From Vicugna vicugna (lineage: Eukaryota): 64,000 nucleotides of DNA. This document shows positions 1 to 10,306 of this stretch, piece by piece. The notes beneath the pieces are model-generated. The model was given only the letters and a program-made list of their open reading frames with translations. It was not told where the DNA came from and ran no database searches. Both the position numbers and the translations under genes were made by a program. Every line of letters begins with the position of its first letter. The stretch's first letter is position 1. The stretch lies in assembly GCA_013265495.1 (NCBI GenBank), contig MU058781.1, forward strand, positions 8,041,009 through 8,105,008, written 5' to 3'.

Positions 1-329
1 CGGCGGCTGCGGCGGCCGCGGCGGCGGCAGCGCGCTGCAAGGCGGCCGAGGCGGCGGCCGACGAGCCGGCGCTGTGCCTGCAGTGCGATATGAACGACTG
101 CTACAGCCGCCTGCGGAGGCTGGTGCCCACCATCCCGCCCAACAAGAAAGTCAGCAAAGTGGAGATCCTGCAGCACGTTATCGACTACATCCTGGACCTG
201 CAGCTGGCGCTGGAGACGCACCCGGCTCTGCTGAGGCAGCCGCCACCGCCGGCGCCGCCGCACCACCCGGCCGGGACCTGTCCGGCCGCGCCGCCGCGGA
301 CCCCGCTCACGGCGCTCAACACCGACCCG
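1..329 (+). CDS. ID4: ID4 coding exon 1, 5'-partial (poly-Ala tract, HLH domain, Pro-rich segment)
   Basis: Frame from base 3 reads [109 protein letters not shown], which is the ID4 HLH region. It ends at donor CCG|GTGAGA (intron starts 330). The true start codon is upstream of the window. Confidence 0.98.
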
Positions 330-722
330 GTGAGAGGCTGGGGGCCAGCCCGGAGCGGACGCCTCGGGGATCCAGGAGGGCGGTGGCAGGATGGTCGGAC
401 GCGGGCGCTTCCCTTCCTCGGGAATAGGGCGGCCGAGAATGACAGTTGCGCCCTCCGGCTCCTCCGGGCGCCGGGAGCCGCCTGCGGCGGGCTCGGTGCC
501 GCGATCGCCGGCCGGGTGAACGCGCGGGGCGGGACTAGGGCTGTGCGCATCCTGGGCTGTCAAGTCCAGCCTGTGCCCGGGGGGAGGGGGCGTCCCCAGG
601 GCTGCAGGCTTGGGTGGGGGCGTCGACGGGCCAGCCTAGGTTCCGAGAACGAATCGAGGACCGTGACGAGTGCGATGTTCGCGCCGGCTAACCTTTCCCT
701 TGGTGTTCGGTTGCTGTTCCAG
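330..722 (+). other. ID4: ID4 intron 1 (393 nt, phase 0)
   Basis: GT...AG ends. Splicing joins NTDP to AGAVNK, giving the canonical ID4 protein. Confidence 0.95.
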
Positions 723-767
723 GCCGGCGCGGTGAACAAGCAGGGCGACAGCATTCTGTGCCGCTGA
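723..767 (+). CDS. ID4: ID4 coding part of exon 2 ([14 protein letters not shown])
   Basis: Branch-point-like CTAAC at 688-692, pyrimidine tract, acceptor TTCCAG|GCC at 721-722. Encodes the ID4 C-terminus with TGA at 765-767. Exon ends at 781 (CAG|GTGAGC). Confidence 0.97.
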   Translation, partial: AGAVNKQGDSILCR

Positions 768-781
768 GCCGCGCTGTCCAG

Positions 782-1340
782 GTGAGCGCGCGTTTCCCTT
801 TTCGAGTGGCTGGTCACCGGAGACGCCGGTGTCCGGGGGTTTCCGCTGCCAGCCACAGTAGTGTTCCTTGCCCCCAGCATTTCTGAAGGCAAATTCCCAA
901 GGAGGCGGACACCCCCCCTCCCCGCCACCGCCACCCAGTTAGTAAGTGAACCGGTACTTAGCTTTATTTAGTATCTTGGGAATTCACTCGAAATGGGACG
1001 GATCAGCTCATGCCCCCGCCGCCCCCCGGTGACCGGAGGGCTCTAACAGCCCTTCTTCCCGCCGCCGAAGGAGGGTCACCTCGTGGGCGTGGTGCCCAAT
1101 GTGCCCCCGCGCAGTCTGACACCCACCAAAGAGGACGCAGGCAGGGCCCGGGGGTGGGTTCCCTATACGGGCTTCCCGGGGGCCCGCAGCTGCCTGGCCG
1201 GGCCGCGGACCGCGGGTGTAGTCTGACCTGGTGGTTTGTTTTGGGTTGTTGATCAAGCATGTCTTGAGTTTGGTCGGTGGCGCCAGTTAGTCTGCAGCGG
1301 GAAGGTTCACACACCCCCTCTATTCATTCCTCTTCCACAG
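782..1340 (+). other. ID4: ID4 intron 2 (in 3'UTR)
   Basis: Donor CAG|GTGAGC at 782. Acceptor TTCATTCCTCTTCCACAG|G at 1339-1340. Confidence 0.88.
1279..1294 (+). promoter_or_regulatory. BMP-responsive Smad1/5-Smad4 composite element GGCGCC-N5-GTCTG
   Basis: Sequence TGGCGCC AGTTA GTCTG with exact 5-nt spacing. ID genes are classic direct BMP targets. Confidence 0.75.
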
Positions 1341-4300
1341 GTGTGCGGCCGCCTGAGCCCGAGCCAGGAGCACTAGAAAGGGAGGGGGAAGAGCAGAAGT
1401 TAGAGAAAAAGCCAGCGGAGGAAAGGAAAAAAAAATCAGCAAATCCTAGAAACGTCTCATTCTTCATTCCAAGAGAGAGAGAGGGAAGAAAAATAAAAGT
1501 TTCATCTTTTTTTTTTTTGCACGTTCATAAACATTCTACATACGTATTCTCTTTTGTCTCTTCATTTATAACCGCTGTGAATTGTACATTTCTGTGTTTT
1601 TTGGAGGTGCAGTTAAACTTTTAAGCTTAAGTGTGACAGGACTGATAAATAGGAGATCACGAGTAAAACCGACTTTAGAAACCTACTTTGTGACCAAGGA
1701 GCTCAATTTTTGTTTTGAAGCTTTACTAATATACCAGAGCATTGTAGATATTTTTTTTTGACATCTATTGTTTAAAATAGATGATTATAAGGGGGCAGGG
1801 AACTTTCTTTTCCCTGCAAGAATGTTACATATTGTATAGATAACTGAGTGACATTTCATACCATGTATATATAGAGATGTTCTATAAGTGTGAGAAAGTA
1901 TATGCTTTAATAGACTACTGTAATTATAAGATATTTTTAATTAAATATTTTTTGTAAATATTATGTGTGTGTTTTTTTTAATCATGCAAATATTTCTTTT
2001 GGAAAATTATTTTTCAGCTCAGTTGAAGAGCTCTTGATATCTTGAATGTCTTTTCTGTTTGGCCTGGCTTTTAATTTGTTTTTGTTTTGCCCAGTGTCTT
2101 GTAGACTCGGAAGTAACAGTTATAGCTAGTGGTCTTGCATGACTGCATGAGATGTTTAATCACAAAATAAACTTGTTCTGAGTCCATTCAGATGTGTTTT
2201 CTTTAACCTAGATTGAAATCTTTGTATTTGAAGCATACACATTGAAAATATGCTCTATCAGTTTTTACGTACAGGGTTTGATAGTGTAATATATAAAGAG
2301 TAAGTGTTTGTTTTTCATTTCTTAACTGAGGTCAACATGGATTCTGAATGATTTTGCATATGGGATGGGGAAATGTTTGGATCCTTATGAGCTTATGAAA
2401 TCTACTGTTTTATCAAAGTGAAAAAATGCTTATCATTCTTCATTTTACACTAAAGTTTAATGTCACTAAGTTTCATGTCTGTACAGATTATTTAAATCAT
2501 AAAAATGAAAAATGTTCTCTGCTTGCTACCAAAGGACAAACTCTTGGAAATGAACACTTTCTGCTTTCCTTCCTCCAAAGAATATTAATAGGCAACAGTG
2601 AGAGAAAAAAAAATCTGAAAGGCATAATGGCAAATCCTTCAAGCAGGGATAAAAGTCGATCTTCAAACATTAACTTAAGTAGACCAAAAATTCTGATGAC
2701 CGCATCTAGATTATTTTTTTATAAAAATGATTTTCACTATAGCTATGTTAGTTAACCGCTAAACTACTGTCCAATCTCTTGTGATGTGTAACTTTTACAT
2801 GTGAATATTAAAGTAGATTTATCTGTCTTGTACTGTGATTTCTGGTCTCATTTCTTCAAACCTTACACTTACTTTTGAGACTTTATTTTGTCTTTAAGGA
2901 AGGTACCATTTTGTAGGTTAGACAGGACCATCAGGGCTTGTGAACATTTTGAATTTAATGTGATCAGGACTCTACACACCAGTTAGATGGAATTTTTAGA
3001 GTGTGAGAGAATTAAGTAGGATTTAATTGGGTGCTTTGTAAATAGTTAGTCAACTGTGTGTGTAACGTGGTCTGTTTGATTTTTAAAAGGAAAGGATTTG
3101 TTTCAGATTATACAAGAATAAAAGTATTATAGACCCAAGGGAATTTTTATGAGGTCGAAGTCAAATATTTATGTGAATATGAAATATCATGGCCCTGAGT
3201 AGTCAGTCGAAGTGGCAACGTCTCAACAGAAATGAACAAAGTTAACGCTTACTGGTTTAAAAAAAAAATTGAAAGATTTTAAAAATCTATCCCCTCTCTC
3301 CAGCATGTTCTCCCCTCGGCTTTGACATTTCACTGGTCTTAGGTATTTTTAGAATTTGATGTATTTGCTGTTGCGCCTTCTAAAGTCAAAGGGCTGCTTG
3401 TTTAGATGAGGTTTTATTTTTATTTTTGATATTCATTCCTGTCACACATCAAGAGGAAAACACAAGAACACTGCTGGAATTCCAAATCTGAAGAATTCTA
3501 ATGATGGCATTCTTTGTTAATAAGAAAGGGGACAATTCCTCCTTTTTATTTGGCAGTTTAATTTCAGTAGGAAGCAAGTCACATGGGCTCTGTTGGTTGG
3601 AGTCAGGCATCTGTCAGACCTGACTACCGTACCCTACCTAAGCCTTTAAGCACAGTTTAAACTTATGCTGGGAGATTATGCACCTCAATATAAATATTTT
3701 TGATTTTTTGAAGATAGGTGTTGCTCCTTAGTTAATTTCATATTTTAGGCATGAAAACCACTAAAGGAAGAAAAGTGCTAGAGATGTGACATTTGAGAGA
3801 CTTGGCATTTTCCCATCTGCCACTCACACAGCATTGGATGTCTCTAAAGAAACAAAGTCACTGTTTATTTTTCAAAAATTATGTGCAGTTGTATAAGATA
3901 ACACATTCTATTAGATGTTGGCTGTGTCCTAATCAAGTGACCAGATAACAAAAACATTTTGAGTCATTTATCTAGGTAGCTCTAATTATTCAGATCTTTG
4001 GTTTCATAGAGGAAAACATCCTGACTTCTCTCATTTAATTTGTCCACTTTTATTGAATAGGCACAACCAAAGAGTGAGAATCATTTAAAACCGTCAAAGG
4101 AAAAAAAAAGTATCTCATGGTGGCATGTTGTTCCTAATGTGGTTCCATTAAATCCTGAACATCTCAGGCATTTCATGTTAAAGGAAGGGGAAAAAAACCT
4201 TTTCATTTCAAAGAACTAATATACTTTGATACTGTGTAAATCTTATTCAAGTTTATTGTCAAACTTTAACTGAATTTTTAGAACTTTTAAAAAATTTGAC

Positions 4301-4360
4301 CCCATAATCTATTGTATTAAACACCTTCTATAATAATAAATCTTCACTGAGCAAAGGGTT
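1341..4360 (+). other. ID4: ID4 terminal exon / long AU-rich 3'UTR
   Basis: Follows the acceptor. Repeat-free and AU-rich. Poly(A) signals AATAAA 2166-2171, ATTAAA 2807-2812, AATAAA 3117-3122 and AATAAA 4335-4340, the last followed by a GT/T-rich tract. Exact 3' end is inferred. Confidence 0.8.
4335..4340 (+). terminator. Distal poly(A) signal of ID4
   Basis: AATAAA followed about 25 nt later by GTTTGTGGTTTTT, a downstream element. Confidence 0.65.
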
Positions 4361-4637
4361 CTAAGTTTGTGGTTTTTAATTGACTTCTACTGAGTTATGC
4401 AATTTTTCATTATCAAGAGTGGGTCTCATGATGGATCACCTCAATTATTTACAGTGTTTCTTACCATGTGATGAAAAATGTGGCTTGAAAATGGTGATAT
4501 GAACGGAAAGAAAATCTAGTTTGAATGCTAGGGAAATCTTGTCTACTCTTTGGTGTCTGCTAGGAGAGGAAGGAAGAATCCTAAGAAGACAGCAGGATGA
4601 TGTCCAGGGGAACTAGACCCCCCCCACCCCGCCGCGT

Positions 4638-4735
4638 GCACACACACAGACACACAGGCACACATACAGACACATATATGCACATGCACACACAAACATA
4701 CACATACACACATACACCTACACACACACACACAA
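4638..4735 (+). repeat. Degenerate (CA)n microsatellite
   Basis: cacacacacagacacacaggcacacatac... run. Confidence 0.9.
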
Positions 4736-5907
4736 CTAAGTAAATAATACAGACAGAAAGCAATTATTTCACAGTAGTTTAGAGCCAAATAAAACTGGCT
4801 CTGCCTTTCTAGCTAGTGCACTTTAATTATATATATGTTAATCAGCCCAGATAGCCCTTGGGTCTCAACAGGGCCAAACACCAACCCCTCCAGGCTTTTG
4901 AAGAAGAAAAAGCTACCCTTTGCTGCATTGCAAGTCTAGGAAATTAATTTACCCACCTCAGAATTAATCTTAGCAGGGCTGCCCTCAGTAGGTACTCTTC
5001 AGATCCAGATGATTTCTTTCAGTTACGACCCATGACATTTTGCTAAAATACTAATTATATTAATTAGAACCATTGCCCATAAGGTTTAAAAATTGTAATT
5101 TTACTTAGAGTTCTACCTTGAGCAGTGATGCAATAGACACTTGAAAATATAAAGAAAATTCTTACAAAAGGGAACTAATTTGACGGATGGCAGTCATATG
5201 AACTTAACTGAAAATACTTTCAAATTTTTAATGAATTCTAAAAGTGTGTTTTGCATTCAAGTGCCTTCTTCCTAGTGATTTATATCCTGGCCTGTTCTAA
5301 AAGTTTCACTTAAGTGTTAAACTCAATTCTGAGCCACGTTGCCAAAGGTTTTCTGTATTCACCCTAGCCAAGCAATTTGGTAGTCAGCTGCTGAAGCGGG
5401 TTCCGTCACTAAGTCTCCACAGTAAATTCACACATGGGACGTGAAAAAAGGGCCATAAAAATTGAAGTTAATTTGAAAAGCCCCTTTCAATCCATAAAAG
5501 AGTAAACACATCAGTTTCTAGAGGAGAAAAGACCAAACTGTGTTACCTGCATCCCACTGGCTAAAATGTGATTAGAGGAATTGAACCTAAAATGCTTAAA
5601 TAAAGAGACCAAAGATGGATTTTCTATATGAATCCACTTGTATCTGAATTTTTTTCCAACAAGAAATCTCATACTTTAAAAAGGGATTTTCTAAGATATT
5701 ACAAAAGTGTTGGCAAAAATATGCAAATTCCTAGTGAAACAAGACACCATTATTTGCTTTAAATTACCGTTTCTCAATTTGCTGTGATATAAAGTGCCTA
5801 CCAGCACATTGAGCATACATATTAAATTCAAATTCTAAAATTTTACCTATTCTAAAGTTTAAAGGAAAATACTGCAGTCCTACAGTTATTCTTTGTGCAA
5901 ATTCATA

Positions 5908-5990
5908 TATTTAAAAATGTTTCTTAAATATTTACTTAAATGTTTTAAATATTTTCTTAAATATTTGAAGCATTTTCTTAAATATTTACT
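5908..5990 (+). repeat. AT-rich degenerate tandem repeat (unit approx. TTCTTAAATATTT)
   Basis: ttcttaaatattt occurs three times, with partial copies in between. Confidence 0.65.
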
Positions 5991-6784
5991 ACACATTTCA
6001 TAAGCTTTAGCAGTCAGTTGAAGAGTCTGTAGCTGTGTGTGTATGTGTATTTACCTAAAAATAGTTAACCAACACACAGGAAAATATCTTTGAAAAAGGA
6101 GTTTCTCTCTAAAAAAAATAAGTAAGCTGTTTTAACATTCCTCCATTCTCTCTGCACTTTAATTCCTGAGCCTAGAGATTTCCATGCAGATGTACCCTCC
6201 ATTTTTTTTTTTTAGATTGCTATAAGTCAGCCACGTTATGTTTAAGCATAAAGCAAGATAAAAAAAAAAGAAAGAACAAGCAGATCATTCATCATGTTTA
6301 GCATATTCTAGAATTTGGTTTAATCTCATAAGTAACCTGAAGAAAAAAAGAAAGAGAGAGGGATGCACTTATATGTCAAACCTCAGAGAAAGCCAGAGAA
6401 ACAGACCTGAACTTGTAGACATAAATTTTACACTTTACTTCAGCAAGAATTCTTAGAAACGCTTCTCACGCATGTTGAACCTGAGTCCGTGGCCTTAATG
6501 AAAACAACGTAGCCTCCTTAAAATAGAAGACTATGCGTGATTCTTCTGTGCATGTCCTACAGTGCTTAACCCGGGCCTGGGAAAATACTTGTTGCACTGA
6601 ATTAAGACTATTCCCTTAACAAAGTATCTTCCCAGTGCCCTCAGTTACTCCTTTGCCCCTTCCTCTGCACTGACTCACAATTAAGCTTCAGACCAATGTA
6701 TCGAACTGCTGCCTGGTCCTCTCTGCCTCTGAAGTGCAGTAGATTTGAAACAGCATCTTATGGTGTCTGCAAACCTGTCACCGT

Positions 6785-6900
6785 TCTGATTTCTCACAGT
6801 TCTGGAGGCTGGGAAGTCCAAGATCAGGGTGCCAGCCAATTCGGTTCCTAGAAGTCACGGCCATTGCTGGGTGAGCATAGTGCTCTTCAGATCCCCACAG
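6785..6900. mobile_element. MaLR (MLT1-type) LTR fragment
   Basis: TTCTCACAGTTCTGGAGGCTGGGAAGTCCAAGATCAGGGTGCCAGC is the hallmark MLT1/MST LTR motif. Confidence 0.8.
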
Positions 6901-7299
6901 TCCCATGGGGCGTGTGGCTTCCTCATTGGAGCTGCACCATGAGATGCAAAAAGAACTCAGAGCTAAGCAAAGTCCTCTTCCTGCCCTGGTTACCTGGATG
7001 TAAGGATCCTTCAACTCTCATTTCCCACTGGTCCTCTCTCTTCTTTACTTCTGGCTGCCTTCAAGCACCCCGTTTATGCTTTAGCTGTACTGAAGATCTC
7101 ATCCTGTGGATGCTAGATGGCAAAGCAGGCTTTTCTCTCTAGGCTTGACAGAGTATGATGGATCTCTGAGTGTTAAGGAAAGTGTGGGCTCACGAAGGAC
7201 ACACGTGGAACGTGAGGGTGGAGGTAGGGGCACCTGTCCAGCCAGCTGAGCCAACTAAGTCAACTTGCCCATCTGTGGGTAAGGGCTGACCTATCCACA

Positions 7300-7600
7300 T
7301 CCCAAATGGCATGCTTTTTCATGCTCCCCTTCTTTTGAACATGGTGTTACCCCTGTCTGGATCCCATGACCCCCACTCCCAGTCTATACTGTTGTTGGAT
7401 TCCTCACTATCCTTTAAGACCCAACTGTCACCTCTTCTGCAAGAATTATATGATGCTTCTCCTCCTCACCCCCCCAAACAGGCAACACACCCCTCATGCT
7501 ATGTAAAATTGTTTGCACATGTCCGTGTTTCCTGTGGCTTCCTGAGCCCCCAGGGACTCCAGACCACAAAGTACGAGAAGAACATTCCTGTAACTCTCTG
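7300..7600 (+). mobile_element. Probable L2 remnant
   Basis: ttcctcactatcctttaagacccaactgtcacctcttctg resembles the L2 3' region. Confidence 0.45.
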
Positions 7601-8506
7601 TGCCAGCAAATCTAGAAATTCTTTGCAACTCAACAGTGCAGTTGAGAGATTTTCATTATCTTTCAAAGTCTTTGGCTGCCTTAAACATGGACAACAGATA
7701 AGCTGTGCGTCTTGAGAATGAGGGAGTTAAGGTCAGCCTTGGGTGAAGAGGGTTGGAGGGAGAGATTGAGAAAGGAAAAAGAGAGGCAGAACAGATCCTA
7801 TATCTCCAAGAAAGAAACATTTCTGCCCCAAGTTGGGATACGTAAACAAAGACGCTTCAGTGCCAGAAATGGAAATGCAGGGCAAGGAGGGATGGCTGCA
7901 CAGGCGTAGATGTGATGGGCCTGGGCTGTGAGCTGCAGGCAGGGGCCACTCAAGAAGACTGTACCATCAGGTCCCTGTATGTGTCTTAGGCTTCTGTTCT
8001 CTGCGCCTGGTGACATGGTGTGGGATAAATCAGCTGCAAGAAATGCAGCGAATCCTCATGAGGCAGTTCTGAAAGAACAGGTTTGCTACCTGAATGGGAT
8101 AAACTCTTCCAGATGGATGTTTTAGAACCCCTGACTATGATCTGGGGCCCTGGAAGTGAAATTGTATGATTAGTAACCTGGAATATGTCTGGTAACATTC
8201 CCCTCATTTTCCAGTGAAGGAGACACAAGCCTAAAAGGTGGACGGTGGAGTCAGGTCTAGACCCAGGTTTCTCATTCTCTAATCCAGACCCACAGCCTCA
8301 GTCTGGATGGACTCGGTTCCAGTTTTCTCTTAGGAGGTTTATCTCAGTTCATATTCGCATCTATAATGTGCCTCATGTTCCTTCCTTGAGAAGGTGGGGT
8401 CCAAATCCTAAGCAAACAATCACTAAATGCAGGCCTGAGCTGACTGCCTTTTTAAAAAGGAAACAGAGAGAAATTGCTTTTACAGTAAGGATCAAGTGTT
8501 TCAAAG

Positions 8507-8770
8507 CTCTTTGACAAAGGAGCAAAGACAGTTCCATGAGGAAGGAGTAGTCCTTTCCACAAATGATGCTGGAACAACTGAATGTCCATGTGCCAAAAAA
8601 ATGAACTTAAGCCCAGAGCTTACACCTTTCATAAAGATTAACTCGAAATGTATCGTAGACCGAAATGTAATATGAAAAACTATAAAAGTTCTGGAAGAAA
8701 ACTTAGGAGGAAATCTATGTGACTTTGGGTTTGGTGATGAATTTTTAGACACAGCACCAAAAACATGAAA
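8507..8770 (+). mobile_element. Old L1 ORF2 fragment
   Basis: Decayed FDKGAK..W..SLFNKWCWNNW...KINSKWI.DLN..KTIKVLEENLG coding sequence with stops and frameshifts. Confidence 0.9.
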
Positions 8771-8823
8771 GAATTTGAACCCTATGTTATCCTCCACTGT
8801 TGCATCCTCCACATCCAATCAAT

Positions 8824-9050
8824 GGAGGCAGCGTGGTGTAGGGAGGGGTCACGGACTATCGGCCAAGTCAAAAGACTTGGGTGCTAGAGCTCTGCATTTA
8901 ATTAGCTGTGTCCCTCAGGCAAGTAACTTTTCCATGTTCCAACTGCCTCATCTGTAAAATGAGTGTGTGATAATAATTACCTGGCACAGAGGGCTCTTGA
9001 AAGATACAAAGAAAGTAACACACATGAAAATATTTTATAAGACAATGGTT
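8824..9050 (+). mobile_element. MIR SINE
   Basis: GAGGCAGCGTGGTGTAG head and core TAGCTGTGTCCCTCAGGCAAGTAACTT...CCTCATCTGTAAAATGAG. Confidence 0.85.
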
Positions 9051-9073
9051 GTAATTTTAGTATATTAAAAAAA

Positions 9074-9246
9074 AATCACCTGAAGAGAGTTAAAAATTTT
9101 AGATTCCTGCCTTCCTCCCACCCCTCCCTCCTTAATACTGAGATTCTGATTCATCAGGTATAGTATAGGAACCAGGAATCTGCATTTTAGCTTTTCCCTG
9201 GGAATCTAAGGCAAGTCTCCCAGGAACCCCATTTTGAGAAACAGTA
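9074..9246. mobile_element. MER5-type hAT-Charlie DNA transposon
   Basis: AATCACCTG...GAGATTCTGATTCA...CCAGGAATCTGCATTTTA...TTTGAGAAACA. Confidence 0.75.
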
Positions 9247-10112
9247 TTGTAAGCTATAAAATATCATATAGGTTTAAGTTATTGTCATTACACCACGCAC
9301 AGTGACTTTCTCCTTCTTAACACCACGTACCAGCTTTCCAGGAGTGCTGATCAAGTAGAGAGGAAAGGTTAGTACAATATCAACAGAGGGTCATGGGAAT
9401 CATACCCAGTGGGAGAAGGGAAGTTGGTAACTAGCAGGGGATGCTTAGGAAGGAGCCCTTCGATAGTGAGTCTGTGGCGTGGGGCTACTGGTACAAGTCT
9501 ATGGTCAAGACCCTGAGTCCTCCTTCCCCTGGGTTCTCATTCCCATCTTTCCATGAGTCAAAACATTCATAATAACCTACTTTGCATAACTATCCCATGA
9601 AATCTTAAATTTCCTAAGGAAAGGCCTGAAAGAAAAAGATCAGTTTCTACCCCCTTATACATCATCCCAAATGATTACATTCTCTTATCATGTCTACGTG
9701 ATGACCTGAAAATATTTGGAGAAGGTGAACCTGCACAGGCAATGATGAGCCGTATTGCTTTAATGGCAAAGAGACTCTTCTTAATAAACAAATTTACCAA
9801 AAAATATTTTATTTCTCCTAGTATATTATATCATCCTAAGGGATGGCCTTTACCACGATGTAGAAAAACAGTTTAATTGGTCTTGCCTTAACTGTTGTTT
9901 GCCTTAGAACTGTCCTAAGTCATAGCTATCGAATGTTAAAATACTGTATGCATAGCACATTGGAAAATGACACAATTGTGCCCTGATTTCATATAATAGA
10001 TTTTGCCTTGCTAAAATTATATATGATTTTTATACATTTAAAAGCAGCGAAGATAACAGCTCCACTTCTCCCAAAATTGTGAATAAGAACTTTATAAAAG
10101 AAAACATTAGTA

Positions 10113-10306
10113 AGTCTGAGGAATTAGATTCTGAGCTCTGCCATTTACTGTGTGGCCTCAGGCAAGGTACTTAATGTCTCTGAGCCTTATTTAAACTTTC
10201 TTAATAGGGTTACAATACTTAAGCAGTAAGAGTCTTTATGAGGACCACGTATGCATAGCCCCTAATGGAGTGTCAGGCACACAGACTATTTAGTATATGT
10301 GAGTTC
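10113..10306 (+). mobile_element. MIR SINE
   Basis: GCTCTGCCATTTACTGTGTGGCCTCAGGCAAGGTACTTAATGTCTCTGAGCCT core. Confidence 0.8.

Larger units (their letters stand above)
1..1300. promoter_or_regulatory. CpG island over ID4 exon 1 to intron 2
   Basis: Very high GC and dense CpG, with an abrupt drop after ~1370. Confidence 0.92.

Noticed and set aside
90..767. 225-aa ORF as the ID4 protein
   Set aside because: The ATG at 90 is internal because the frame is open to the window start, and the ORF runs through intron 1. The canonical product is spliced 329^723.
74..1624. Overlapping alternative-frame and antisense ORFs in the CpG island
   Set aside because: Expected in very GC-rich DNA, and they have no recognisable domains.
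4543..4788. Cys/Val-rich ORFs
   Set aside because: Translation of a (TG)n microsatellite.
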